Shown piece by piece: positions 48,413 to 58,418 of a stretch of 64,000 nt of DNA; position 1 is the stretch's first letter; each line of letters starts with the position of its first letter. The notes under the pieces are model-generated. The model ran no database searches and had not been told where the DNA came from. It saw only the letters and a list, made by a program, of their open reading frames with translations. A program made the position numbers and the translations under genes. The stretch lies in the IMG/VR virus record IMGVR_UViG_3300044638_007100; one strand, written 5' to 3'. Source of the stretch: a virus.

Positions 48413-49204
48413 TTACTGCCGTACCTGAGATGGTTCGGTAATTCGACCAAGATATGGATCATAATTCATTAAATCATCAATACTCATATCATAACCTTGA
48501 AGTTCCCAAAACTGAAGAAGACCATCATGACTTGCTTTATGAAATATATCAACATGTTCTGGATGAATGGAAGATCCCAATTCAATACGATAAAGAAAAA
48601 GAGGAATTGAAAATGTATTTCCAGAATTATAAATCAAATCATCAGCAACTGCTCTTGGTTTTACACCTTGATCTAATTTATACTTATCTCCACGAATATG
48701 GAACTTCAATAATTTTTCCGCATGATGGCGACTAATCATATATGCTGCTGTAGAAAAATCATTCACAAATCTTTTATGAAGTTTTACATGAAGATCTCCT
48801 GTACAAATGATTGCGAGTTGAATTACATCCCAGTCATAAGGAACTTTAGATACAAAATCTTTCCAAGTAAAATTCCAAAATCTTACAAGTTGTAAATCAA
48901 CATCATCTTCCATAAAAATAGCATATGAACTATCAGAATTATCATACCAATATTTAATTGCCTTAAGATGAGATGTGGTACATCCAATTTCACTGGTAGT
49001 CATATTGTCGGGATATCTTCCTTTAATAATATTACTCAGATCATCATTACGCCCATCATAAGCAGAAATTCTTGTATAATTTTCTACTTCCCAATATTTA
49101 AATTGCTCATCCATATATTGCTTCCTTTCTGGTTGCTCGTCAAGATTCAAATAATAAACTGGAGGAAGATCTTTAAGTTTGTATAATGATTTATTTTTGT
49201 CCAT
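48413..49204 (-). CDS. Glycosyltransferase family 25
   Basis: YYLNLD..PER, RISAYDG, EIGCTTSH, FMEDD motifs. Confidence 0.8.
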   Translation of the reverse strand: MDKNKSLYKLKDLPPVYYLNLDEQPERKQYMDEQFKYWEVENYTRISAYDGRNDDLSNIIKGRYPDNMTTSEIGCTTSHLKAIKYWYDNSDSSYAIFMEDDVDLQLVRFWNFTWKDFVSKVPYDWDVIQLAIICTGDLHVKLHKRFVNDFSTAAYMISRHHAEKLLKFHIRGDKYKLDQGVKPRAVADDLIYNSGNTFSIPLFLYRIELGSSIHPEHVDIFHKASHDGLLQFWELQGYDMSIDDLMNYDPYLGRITEPSQVRQ

Positions 49205-50111
49205 TTTTATTTTTCTTTTTAATCCATTCTAACACATCTACACTATAATTCCAACCCAAATCTTTTTTAATTTTATCAATTGAAGATCTTGAATGTAAAA
49301 CTTCACCAGGTCTTTCTGGAATTGAAATTTGATATGATGAAATTAAATCAGCAATTTGTTGAATTTCTGTACCCTTTCCAGTACCTACATTATAAACTTC
49401 ACCATATATTTGAAGATCTTTTTGAGATGCAAGTATATTAGCATAAACCACATCAGATACATGGACAAAATCTCTAGTTTGATATCCATCACCAATAACA
49501 GTTAAAGGTTGACTATTATTTTTTTGATTTTCAAAAATAGACATTACTGGTGCATATTGACCAGTTTTATGCTGCCCTTCACCATAAACATTGAAATATC
49601 TAAACATTATAGTTTTTAAACCATAGAGATTATAATACATTTTACATAACTGTTCTCCAGTATATTTGGAAATTGAATAAGTATTCAAACACTCTACTGG
49701 ATTTGTTTCAACACTAGGGAGAAATAAACTATTTCCATAAACTGCAGATGTAGAAGAACATAAAAATTTATTTACATTATGAATTCTAGAACATTCTAGA
49801 ACATTCATAGTTGAAAGTGTATTATTAGACATACTTTCATTTGGTTTTTCGACACAATATGGTATAGAAACATCAGATGCCAAATGAAAAACATTATTTA
49901 CACCTTCAAAAAAATAGAGATATTTTGTATATTTTTCTGATAAATCTTGAAGATAATATTTTGCTTTTTCGTTTTTAAAGTTGGGATGAACTCTGTCTAA
50001 AACTATAACTTCATGCCCAATATCAACAAGACGATTTACAAGATGCGAACCAATAAATCCACATCCCCCAGTTACAATTGATTTCATTAGTATAAAGCGG
50101 TTGGTTTCCAA
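49191..50111 (-). CDS. NAD-dependent nucleotide-sugar epimerase/dehydratase
   Basis: TGGCGFIGSHL, STSAVYG, YSISK (YxxxK), FRYFNVYG, RDFVHV. Confidence 0.92.
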   Translation of the reverse strand: METNRFILMKSIVTGGCGFIGSHLVNRLVDIGHEVIVLDRVHPNFKNEKAKYYLQDLSEKYTKYLYFFEGVNNVFHLASDVSIPYCVEKPNESMSNNTLSTMNVLECSRIHNVNKFLCSSTSAVYGNSLFLPSVETNPVECLNTYSISKYTGEQLCKMYYNLYGLKTIMFRYFNVYGEGQHKTGQYAPVMSIFENQKNNSQPLTVIGDGYQTRDFVHVSDVVYANILASQKDLQIYGEVYNVGTGKGTEIQQIADLISSYQISIPERPGEVLHSRSSIDKIKKDLGWNYSVDVLEWIKKKNKNGQK

Positions 50112-50725
50112 TATAAACTATTTAATTGGAATAATTCTGTTGTTGGATATGAATCTAGAGATTGATCTGTTCCATTAGAACTGGTTTGATAAAACATTGG
50201 ATCTTTAAATGCATATACATTATAATATCTTTGAATTTCAGCAAATCCAATATCCTGATGATCGGAAATATTAAAAGCATTCATTGAAATTCTTTTGCAG
50301 ATAGAAACATACTCAGGATTAAGATAAAGAATAGCATGAGCACCTAACATATTATACACCCTAATCAAATTATCATCAATTTCAGTATATTGAACAAACG
50401 GTCCAGAATGAGAATTCATTCTTCCCCAAGAAGAAATTCCAAGATAGACTGCATCAGAATCGGAGGGAATTTCAATAATTGGAAAAAAATTTTTAATTCT
50501 ACAGTCATCTTCAAAAATAATAAAAGGAGATTCTACTTTACTTAAAGCATTGAAGTGAGAAAGAGAACATCCAGATAAAGGTTTATCTAAAAATTCAGAT
50601 CCCTCTATTCTTCTAATATCTTTGAATTCAAGATCAGTAAGCATTTTGTGCATATGATCGTTTTTCTCATTATGCCTATTTAAATTAATATAAAATGAGG
50701 GTATTTCTCTAAGATCTATTTTCAT
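50087..50725 (-). CDS. GT25-like glycosyltransferase
   Basis: FYINL, GCSLSH, IIFEDD. Confidence 0.6.
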   Translation of the reverse strand: MKIDLREIPSFYINLNRHNEKNDHMHKMLTDLEFKDIRRIEGSEFLDKPLSGCSLSHFNALSKVESPFIIFEDDCRIKNFFPIIEIPSDSDAVYLGISSWGRMNSHSGPFVQYTEIDDNLIRVYNMLGAHAILYLNPEYVSICKRISMNAFNISDHQDIGFAEIQRYYNVYAFKDPMFYQTSSNGTDQSLDSYPTTELFQLNSLYWKPTALY

Positions 50726-51369
50726 TGAGTTATTTCTTTATTGGCAAATAATAGTTCAGAATGAGTTCTAAAAATTTCAGTATATCCATAATCTGAAAGA
50801 TAAGAAATTATATCTAAAATAGTAAAACCAGCATCTTCATATGTGCCACCATATTCCAATTGAATATAATTAATTTTCTTATTTTCCAATACTTCCTTTC
50901 CACCTCTCAAAATAGAAAATTCTGATCCTTCAGTATCAACCTTTAAATAATCAATTCTTTCTAAATTAAATTGATTAAAAATAAAATCTAAAGTGGTACA
51001 TTCGACTTCAATTTCCCCAACATCCTCAAAACATTTTCGATCAAAAAGAGAAGAAATAGCATGACTAACTGGTGTAATGCTTATATTCGGAATATACAAA
51101 ATTTTATTTTCTGTTGAATCTGATAAAGCTTTTTTTATTACAACAACTCTAGAATCATTTTTCCACTTTTTTTCATAATTTTGCCAATGCAAAGGATCTA
51201 GACCATAAAATTTAGAATTTGGATACATGCTCAACCCCAATTCAGTAAAATCATCCAATATTCCACAATGCTCAGGAATATAATTAATATTACAACCAAC
51301 ATCAAAAAAAATAGGAACATAGTCATTTGCAAAATTTACTTTATCCAAGCAAAGTTTATAACTTTCCAT
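50722..51369 (-). CDS. FkbM-family methyltransferase
   Basis: FFDVGCN, TTLD, IDYLKVDTEGSE..IL.G. Confidence 0.8.
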   Translation of the reverse strand: MESYKLCLDKVNFANDYVPIFFDVGCNINYIPEHCGILDDFTELGLSMYPNSKFYGLDPLHWQNYEKKWKNDSRVVVIKKALSDSTENKILYIPNISITPVSHAISSLFDRKCFEDVGEIEVECTTLDFIFNQFNLERIDYLKVDTEGSEFSILRGGKEVLENKKINYIQLEYGGTYEDAGFTILDIISYLSDYGYTEIFRTHSELLFANKEITQ

Positions 51370-51382
51370 TTAAATCATCTCC

Positions 51383-52144
51383 TTAAAATCTAATTTCATT
51401 ATGGTTCTTATCAAGTGCTATTATTTTGGGTTTTATTTCAGGGTAAAAAGAACTAAGTACCCATCCCTGAGGATTTTTTAAGGCAGATTCTGGATAACAA
51501 TATGCCGAAGTTAAAGTTAAGGAAGGTGGAGTATCGATTAAATATCTATTCATATGACTTTCATCATGCCACAAAGCAATTATGCCATTTTCCAAATCAG
51601 TATTAACTCGTTGAGATATAACTTCAGACATTTCTAAAAAATTTTTTGTTTTTCCACCATTAAAACCACCAGCATAATATGTATGTCCTTTATCATAGGG
51701 AACATATGCTAAAGAATTTTGATTCCTTTCATAACTCATTTCATTTATACTATGAAATGATTGACCAGGATGTTTAGTGGCAACTAAATCACCTAAAACT
51801 TCATCACCAACTTTATCAACTATTGCCATATCTACATCAAAATAATAACAATAATCAAATTTAGAAATAAATTGTTTTTCTTTAATAAAATAATTATATC
51901 TTTTTAAAGTGGGCATAGGCCAAGGTTCATGTTCAATTTGACAAACTTTAACATTATCAGAAGTTTCTACTTCATGATCGGTAAAAAGTAAACACTCTAT
52001 ATCATGACCATTGAGAAAATTTTCTTCAATATTGTTGTAGAGTCTTTCTACAAATTGAATATATTTATTAGTAGCTATAGTTAAAATACAAACTTTCATT
52101 TTTTCTTCAGATATAATGCATCTCCCCAAATATCTCCCAACCAA
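51383..52144 (-). CDS. Glycosyltransferase family 6 (ABO-like)
   Basis: IATNKY, YYFDVDM, YYAGGFNGG, WHDESH.N are GT6 hallmarks; start probably MKVCIL. Confidence 0.85.
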   Translation of the reverse strand: MVGRYLGRCIISEEKMKVCILTIATNKYIQFVERLYNNIEENFLNGHDIECLLFTDHEVETSDNVKVCQIEHEPWPMPTLKRYNYFIKEKQFISKFDYCYYFDVDMAIVDKVGDEVLGDLVATKHPGQSFHSINEMSYERNQNSLAYVPYDKGHTYYAGGFNGGKTKNFLEMSEVISQRVNTDLENGIIALWHDESHMNRYLIDTPPSLTLTSAYCYPESALKNPQGWVLSSFYPEIKPKIIALDKNHNEIRF

Positions 52145-52710
52145 TTAGTTTCAACTCTTTCCATGCCATATGATTCAAGAAAATTATCAATTTCCTGAAC
52201 ATATGCATTGTTTTCATAAACCTCATCACGGTTAACTTCACAATAAACATAATCAATGTGTTCTAATGTTTTTAAAGATCCCCTTAAAACTTCAAGTTCG
52301 TATCCTTGAACATCCATATTTAAAAAATTAAAATCTTTTGTATCAAAATTATCAAGTAAATTAACTTCAACCTCTTCCTCCCCCTCAAATTTCACATGGG
52401 GATGATGAGTCAAATGAATTTTAGGTTTTAAAATAGAACTACTTTGCTTTTCATTATCACTCAAGTGCATAATTGCAGTTCCAACATAAGATCCTAAAGC
52501 AATTTGATGTCCTTCAATATTAGCATTAAAATCCAAAACTCTTTGAGAAAGAACATTAAAACATTCAGTTAAAGGTTCGAAAACAATAATATCTTGAATT
52601 CCATTATTAATATAGTCATTAATTTCTTCCCCATAGTGTGCCCCAACATGAATAATTCCCTTTATATCCATATTATATTTTTTAAAAATACTTGAAAAAT
52701 TAATTAACAT
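52096..52710 (-). CDS. FkbM-family methyltransferase
   Basis: IHVGAHYGEE, FEP, LNMDVQGYELEVL.G. Confidence 0.85.
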   Translation of the reverse strand: MLINFSSIFKKYNMDIKGIIHVGAHYGEEINDYINNGIQDIIVFEPLTECFNVLSQRVLDFNANIEGHQIALGSYVGTAIMHLSDNEKQSSSILKPKIHLTHHPHVKFEGEEEVEVNLLDNFDTKDFNFLNMDVQGYELEVLRGSLKTLEHIDYVYCEVNRDEVYENNAYVQEIDNFLESYGMERVETNWLGDIWGDALYLKKK

Positions 52711-53566
52711 TAAAAATCTCCAAAAGTGTGTTTACTGATTTTTTATATGACAAATTATTTTCCACAAAATTGCGTGGAGTATATTCTTGTATTCTACCAT
52801 AAAACTTCTCAAATGTCTCTTCTATTTGTGACAATTCATAAAATTTTTCACCACATTGTTCGGACCAATATGGAACAGAAGTTGCAGGTACTGACCATTC
52901 TGGGCCCTGATCATTCCAAGAAGATAAATCCCAAACAAAAAATGGAACATTATTAGACATTATTTCCTGAACAGCAATACCCTGACTTTCTGTTCCATTT
53001 AAAAGGAAACAAAATCTAGATTGACTTGCCAACAGTTCAAGATCAGATTCTGAATAATTTCCATATGAAATAATATTATATGTTAATTTTTTACTTTCAA
53101 TAAAATCTATAACTTTAAATAACTCTTCATCACTTCTACGCTTGGAATAAATTAAACAATCATATTTAATGTTACGATTTAAATTTGATATCTTAATTCC
53201 AACTGGCCAAACTTTTATTTTTTCCTCAGGAAACCCAAATTTTTGAATTGCAAGATATTTAACCCACTCAGAGGGAACTACAAAACATTTAAAATAATCT
53301 AAATGATCTCTTAAAAATTTAATATGATCATCAAAAAACCATATTTGTGGTCCAATTACACAATATTCTAGCTCAAGATTTGAATGTTTTTGATGTCCAA
53401 TATAATCGTATTGAATTAAAAAATTAAATTTATATTTTTCTTCATTTATAGAATAATCAATATTTTCTTGATGAAGACTTTCTATTAAATTATTAACAAC
53501 TTTTTTAGGTCCATTCGTTTGTGAAGAATATGCCCAATAAGATTCGGAATAAAAAAGATTAATCAT
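52700..53566 (-). CDS. Glycosyltransferase, GT-B (GT4-like)
   Basis: GP.KV, VVPSEWV, ESQGIA.QE pattern. Confidence 0.6.
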   Translation of the reverse strand: MINLFYSESYWAYSSQTNGPKKVVNNLIESLHQENIDYSINEEKYKFNFLIQYDYIGHQKHSNLELEYCVIGPQIWFFDDHIKFLRDHLDYFKCFVVPSEWVKYLAIQKFGFPEEKIKVWPVGIKISNLNRNIKYDCLIYSKRRSDEELFKVIDFIESKKLTYNIISYGNYSESDLELLASQSRFCFLLNGTESQGIAVQEIMSNNVPFFVWDLSSWNDQGPEWSVPATSVPYWSEQCGEKFYELSQIEETFEKFYGRIQEYTPRNFVENNLSYKKSVNTLLEIFNVN

Positions 53567-53567
53567 A

Positions 53568-54269
53568 CTAATTATTAATATTTGGACAGGGGCAAGATAA
53601 ATTTTCTAATTCTTCATTTCCCATGTAATATTCTCTGGGCAGACGCTCTATCTTGGTCCAAATGTTTAGAGTAGAACCAACATCAAGATAAGTATTATTT
53701 TTATTATTTTTCCAAAGTTTATAAGATAGAATATTAGCAAAAGAACCAGCAGCAAACAAAAACAACTTATCTTTAGGATCGTCTTCCAAAATCATTTCAG
53801 GAAGATCTCTATTCAATACCCAAGCATTATAATCAATTGGATAAAATTTTTCAACTTTAAAAGGTAAATTATCAAGATTCGTATTCTTATGTGTTACAAG
53901 ATGAATATCTCTTTCTTGATATAATGGAATATACTTTTCTTTATAAAAAGTATAATTATAATTTACAAAAATATTTGCATAGGTAATTTGCGATTCTTCT
54001 TGCCTTGAAAATAGAATTGCATCTTTATAGCAAGGACAAATAGCAACATAATAATTTGGATCTTTGTATTGAAGAGATTCAATAAGTTCTTGTCTTGCCA
54101 ATTCAAATAAAGGATGATTCCCATTTGCCTGCCACTCACCATTTGCAGGAAAAAAGGAATCTCCTTTAATAGCACCCCACTCACCATCAGCAAATTTACT
54201 TAAAGCAAATTTTTCATTAGATTGAAGTTTTTTATAAAAAACTTCAATTTCTTTCCTATAATCTTTCAT
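53568..54269 (-). CDS. Putative GT-D-fold/DUF1792-like glycosyltransferase
   Basis: FALSKFADGE, LFAAG, YLDVGS motifs. Confidence 0.45.
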   Translation of the reverse strand: MKDYRKEIEVFYKKLQSNEKFALSKFADGEWGAIKGDSFFPANGEWQANGNHPLFELARQELIESLQYKDPNYYVAICPCYKDAILFSRQEESQITYANIFVNYNYTFYKEKYIPLYQERDIHLVTHKNTNLDNLPFKVEKFYPIDYNAWVLNRDLPEMILEDDPKDKLFLFAAGSFANILSYKLWKNNKNNTYLDVGSTLNIWTKIERLPREYYMGNEELENLSCPCPNINN

Positions 54270-54982
54270 TTTTTCTTACAAACGGAAATAAAATATCCAT
54301 TATGCCAATGACTATCTTGCAATACTACTTCTGGATAAACTCTATCTACACCGTTACTAGTTCTAATTTGCATAGAGTAAATAATTTCAATTCCTAATTC
54401 CTCAATTGCTTTTTCGGTTCCTTCACGAGGGCGAGAATCATTCCAATCATCTACAACAAATATAAAAGTATCGTCAAGTGCGGGAAGAACATACTTTAAT
54501 CCATCATATTGATCTTCAACTTCATGTGGTCCATCAAATAGATAAACATTGAATTTACCAATATCGGTATAATCAACTTCTCTAAAATCTTCTTCATGAA
54601 GTTCTACACTGTTTTCATCTTCATCTCTTAAGGTGTTTTGAATATTTTTTCTGAACTCATTTCTAATATCACCAAATTGAGACCAGTTATCAATACAAAC
54701 AGAATGAACTTTGTTTCCATAAACTGCAGAACAAGCAGTGGAACCAGACCAAGACCCAACTTCAAGGTATCGTGCATCTTGAACAGTTTCAATTAAATTA
54801 TTAATAAAAATTCTGTATCTTTTACCAGACATTCCATACAAACCAAGAATCCAATTAGGCAACTTAGTTTCTTCTTGAACTGCTTTATCAAAAGCAGTCT
54901 TAATAAGTTCTGCATATTTGTTTTTACTATTTCCCATTTCCTCAATGTAGGGATTGAAGGGGGAAGATTCTATCAAATTCAT
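54266..54982 (-). CDS. Class I SAM-dependent methyltransferase
   Basis: YLEVGSW.GS, CIDNW, YLFDGPH, FVVDD. Confidence 0.8.
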   Translation of the reverse strand: MNLIESSPFNPYIEEMGNSKNKYAELIKTAFDKAVQEETKLPNWILGLYGMSGKRYRIFINNLIETVQDARYLEVGSWSGSTACSAVYGNKVHSVCIDNWSQFGDIRNEFRKNIQNTLRDEDENSVELHEEDFREVDYTDIGKFNVYLFDGPHEVEDQYDGLKYVLPALDDTFIFVVDDWNDSRPREGTEKAIEELGIEIIYSMQIRTSNGVDRVYPEVVLQDSHWHNGYFISVCKKK

Positions 54983-55003
54983 TATTTTCTATCCTATTTT
55001 TAT

Positions 55004-55663
55004 TTAAATAAATTTATATAAGTAACCATATGTTCCATTTGAAGATTGATTTTCTGGCAAAATATCCCAGAATTTTTCCACAGGATCTTGTAAAACTTCT
55101 TTATATGGATTTAAATCAAGATTTATACTATTATATGGGGGGAACAAATCTCCATTAAATTCAATTTTACAATCTCTATTAAGAGAATAATCAAAATTAG
55201 CACTTGTTATAAGTGCATATTTAGATATTCTTTTCATTTCGGAAATAGAATTTAAATTATATTCAGTAGGCAAATGCTCAAGTGTATGTCTACAGATAAC
55301 TAAATCAAATTCTAAATCATCATAGAGTTTCATTTGAGATAACATATCATTGTTAGTAAATGTTACCTTATCAGATTTATATTTTTTATTTTCTTCTATC
55401 AATTCTTGACAAATATCATTTCCAATATAAAATTCAAAATTTTGCTTTATGTTTTTCATCCAAAACCAATCACCACATGAAGTATCAAAAATTTTTTTTA
55501 TATTATAATCTTCAATAATTCTAACTAAATTTTTAGAATAAAGTTCAGTGTATCTTGTACTAGATCCCAAACCACTTTTCGATTCTCCACCAATTGGCAA
55601 CCACATTCCTTTAGAATAAAAATTACTATATGCGGATTTCAACTTTAAATTAAAATTTTTCAT
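55004..55663 (-). CDS. Class I SAM-dependent methyltransferase
   Basis: ESKSG.GS, IFDTSCGD.FWM, DLVICRH.LEHL. Confidence 0.75.
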   Translation of the reverse strand: MKNFNLKLKSAYSNFYSKGMWLPIGGESKSGLGSSTRYTELYSKNLVRIIEDYNIKKIFDTSCGDWFWMKNIKQNFEFYIGNDICQELIEENKKYKSDKVTFTNNDMLSQMKLYDDLEFDLVICRHTLEHLPTEYNLNSISEMKRISKYALITSANFDYSLNRDCKIEFNGDLFPPYNSINLDLNPYKEVLQDPVEKFWDILPENQSSNGTYGYLYKFI

Positions 55664-56430
55664 TTTTTATTTCGATAAAGTACAAATCCATTATCAACAC
55701 AATATTTTAGATATTCTCTCATTTCACCTGTTCCTAAAGTAATGTGAGCAGTTGCATGTTGATCAGCACCGTATTGAATTGCTTTCAAGCTACTCCACAT
55801 GCTAGTATCATCAGAAGGATGTGGTGGAACATAAGTTTTCAAATCAGTATACTTCTGCAACATATATGAAAAATGAATATCTTCACCACAAAGCATAGAC
55901 CAATGTTCTTCCGGAAGTTCTCTCCAGAAAACAGAGAGAAGATCTCTAGAAAAAAACCAAGAATGACCAACGATATCAACTTCAACAGGTTCAGTATTAT
56001 TTCCAGCACATTCTAGATTTGATTCCCAACCAAACCTTGCATATTTTCCGTCAGGAAGTTGATCTAGTTCATAATTCCCATTTTTAAACCTAAGACCAAT
56101 CCCACCAAGAAGTCCAGGATGCGTTTCATAAGTATTCAAACAATTTTCCAACCACCTATTACCGGGAATTGTATCATCGTCAAAAACACAAATATAATCG
56201 CTCTTTGCGTTTAAAGCATATGCAAACCTTGCCCAAACTCCATAGTTATAATTACTAAGAGATGAATTAAGTTGAGAATATGTTTCTTCATCATATTCAA
56301 TTCCTGGACAAGTATTTTGCCAATAAAAAATCTCTTTCACTGGCACAGTTTGATTTCTAATTGAATCAACTTGTTCTTTTAGATTTTTTCTTTTGTATCC
56401 ATTAAGAACAACTGTAATTGTTTTAGACAT
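55660..56430 (-). CDS. Glycosyltransferase family 2-like
   Basis: TVVLNGYKR, VFDDD, CGED motifs. Confidence 0.7.
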   Translation of the reverse strand: MSKTITVVLNGYKRKNLKEQVDSIRNQTVPVKEIFYWQNTCPGIEYDEETYSQLNSSLSNYNYGVWARFAYALNAKSDYICVFDDDTIPGNRWLENCLNTYETHPGLLGGIGLRFKNGNYELDQLPDGKYARFGWESNLECAGNNTEPVEVDIVGHSWFFSRDLLSVFWRELPEEHWSMLCGEDIHFSYMLQKYTDLKTYVPPHPSDDTSMWSSLKAIQYGADQHATAHITLGTGEMREYLKYCVDNGFVLYRNKK

Positions 56431-56466
56431 ATTTTAGAGTATCAATATAAGAAGTAATAGTATATA

Positions 56467-57270
56467 TCATATAATAAACCAACCATCACAATAAAGATCA
56501 ATTACACTTTTAGTGTCTTTTAAATGACCACCAAACCAATTTTTAGGTGCAATAACATTTTTGCTTTTTGCCAACCAAGCTCCCCACCATGAAAAAGATG
56601 AATTAGCAATAATATGATAAGAACATAAAGATTGTAAACATAAATCAATTCCCGTACCATTTTGTTCGGAAAAAATGAACCTGTCTTCTTTAAATAATTT
56701 TTGCCCTTTACACCAGTCAATATCATCAGAAAATATCATAACAGGAATATCATTTGGCATATAAGATAATCCATCTGAATAATATTCAAGATTTTGAACT
56801 GGGTGATGAGAAGTTCCCAAATAATCCCCTCTACGAATGTGAAGAGAAATAACCTGAGAACTTCCAAAACTTAAGGTAAATGCTTCTTCTGTAGGTTTTC
56901 TTATTTCATCAACAAAAGTAAATGCTTCTCTTAGTTCATTTTCTATATGTTGAAAATATTTTTGAGTTTGAAAATAACCATATAAACTAATATTATCTGG
57001 ACAGTTATTCCAAATATTTTGATCCAATGAGAAAGTAGATTCTACTAATTTTGAAAAATTTGTAACTAATTTTGGTGCATCAGGAAGTTTAAAACACTCA
57101 AAAATTGTTATATCAGAATTTGCACAATTAAAATCTCTTGTAGAAACGACAGATCTTGGAGGAAGACAATAATCATAACCATTTTTACATGCAATTCCTC
57201 GAAGTGCTGCATATTGGAACATTTGATTTCCAAGTCTTCCTAAATTTCCTAAATCATCATTTGCAATCAT
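56467..57270 (-). CDS. Alpha-1,2-fucosyltransferase-like, GT11
   Basis: GRLGNQMFQYA, GYFQ, HIRRGDY, IFSDD..WC, IIANSSFSWWGAWL. Confidence 0.9.
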   Translation of the reverse strand: MIANDDLGNLGRLGNQMFQYAALRGIACKNGYDYCLPPRSVVSTRDFNCANSDITIFECFKLPDAPKLVTNFSKLVESTFSLDQNIWNNCPDNISLYGYFQTQKYFQHIENELREAFTFVDEIRKPTEEAFTLSFGSSQVISLHIRRGDYLGTSHHPVQNLEYYSDGLSYMPNDIPVMIFSDDIDWCKGQKLFKEDRFIFSEQNGTGIDLCLQSLCSYHIIANSSFSWWGAWLAKSKNVIAPKNWFGGHLKDTKSVIDLYCDGWFII

Positions 57271-57301
57271 TTTTTAAATTTAATTCCATTATTATTATAG
57301 C

Positions 57302-57328
57302 AAAAAAGGAGAGTTTATGCAACTCTCC
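57302..57328 (-). terminator. Intrinsic terminator closing the manA-like RNA
   Basis: 9-bp stem AGGAGAGTT/AACTCTCCT followed by TTTTT. Confidence 0.8.
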
Positions 57329-57339
57329 TCTAGGTTTTT

Positions 57340-57495
57340 CATGCACGCCACCAATTCTTTGACTGGAAATTGGAAACCAGGCGGGAGAGAGTCCCATCCG
57401 CACCAGTCGTCACTTATAATGCCCATACGACGAGGGCAAATCAGGGTTCAAACTTGACTCCACCACTTGGTTTTACGAAACCAAGAAAAGTTGGG
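57340..57495 (-). ncRNA. manA/wcaG-like cyanophage structured RNA
   Basis: Stems CTTGGTTT/AAACCAAG, GCCC/GGGC, GGGA/TCCC, CCAATT/AATTGG; pseudoknot GTCGT/ACGAC; repeated TTTC-stem-TGGYGG module; family name from memory. Confidence 0.65.
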
Positions 57496-57700
57496 ATAAT
57501 TTTGATATCTCAGAAATACCAAAAAATGCACATAAAAATAGTACATCCCACAATTTAAGTTTAATAGCAAAAGGTACTGTGAGTAATCCCCCAATAACTT
57601 TAATCATCAAACCGTATTTAAAATCTCCCCACAACATAGTTTGATAACCAATCATAAGGAGAAAGTTCCCAAGATATCTTAGAACACTTATTTTAGACAT
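57473..57700 (-). CDS. Small membrane protein
   Basis: Hydrophobic 75-aa ORF whose 3' end overlaps the first RNA hairpin. Confidence 0.55.
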   Translation of the reverse strand: MSKISVLRYLGNFLLMIGYQTMLWGDFKYGLMIKVIGGLLTVPFAIKLKLWDVLFLCAFFGISEISKLSQLFLVS

Positions 57701-57728
57701 AAGTACTTTTTAAGACTCTCTGTGTCAA

Positions 57729-57944
57729 CTAAGCAACCTCAAGAGATTCAAGATCTTGGGCGATACACTCAATGAGAATGTCATAATTATCAAGAGGGTC
57801 TTCGGAAAACACCACTCCTTCATTTTCGTAGAAGCGGCGAACCTTTTTATAAAGTTTCGGATTCTTTACATCAAGGTAGAATTCACCGTTAGCAGCAGAG
57901 CGAAGAGTGCTAACATCTTTCTTGAATTTTGCGATCAGAGACAT
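57729..57944 (-). CDS. Conserved cyanophage hypothetical protein
   Basis: LDVKNPKLYKKVRRFYE.EGV.FS.DP.D.Y pattern; directly after a consensus promoter. Confidence 0.65.
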   Translation of the reverse strand: MSLIAKFKKDVSTLRSAANGEFYLDVKNPKLYKKVRRFYENEGVVFSEDPLDNYDILIECIAQDLESLEVA

Positions 57945-57967
57945 TGTTTTGTTGTGTTTACTCTAGT

Positions 57968-58020
57968 ATTATAAGGGTTGGAGAGTTTTGTGTCAAGTGT
58001 GCCAGTTTCATCACTGGCAC
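57968..58020 (-). promoter_or_regulatory. Perfect consensus sigma70 promoter with upstream stem-loop
   Basis: TTGACA(57996-91), 17 bp, TATAAT(57973-68); GTGCCAGT/ACTGGCAC hairpin just upstream of the -35. Confidence 0.85.
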
Positions 58021-58049
58021 TCAGGGTGGAGATCAATAGACCCATATCC

Positions 58050-58172
58050 CTACTCACCTTTGTTTTGGTGTATGTACATTATACCGAGTGCTGGAGCAAT
58101 TGTCAGTCCACATCCGATAATGAACAATCCCATCTGACTATTTAACACAGTTTCTACAATATGAAATATCAT
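58050..58172 (-). CDS. Small membrane peptide (40 aa)
   Basis: Read by hand: MIFHIVETVLNSQMGLFIIGCGLTIAPALGIMYIHQNKGE. Confidence 0.45.
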   Translation of the reverse strand: MIFHIVETVLNSQMGLFIIGCGLTIAPALGIMYIHQNKGE

Positions 58173-58259
58173 CTGTGTTCCCCACTTCCAACATATAATA
58201 CAAACATCATAAGAATCATCACAAAAACTCCGGTAATAACTTGATTGGTCATTATCTAC

Positions 58260-58418
58260 TCATTTAATGTTATTAACAATTGTTAGAACCCCATGTGCAT
58301 AAAAGAACAATAAAACTGCACCAATACTTGCAGATATTAATGATGCTGTTTTATTATGATCATCTATTGCCTTTGCAACAGATATATCAATCATTTCTTG
58401 AACTTCTTCTGGTGTCAT
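58260..58418 (-). CDS. Small membrane protein (52 aa)
   Basis: MTPEEVQEMIDISVAKAIDDHNKTASLISASIGAVLLFFYAHGV...; ATGA-coupled. Confidence 0.55.
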   Translation of the reverse strand: MTPEEVQEMIDISVAKAIDDHNKTASLISASIGAVLLFFYAHGVLTIVNNIK

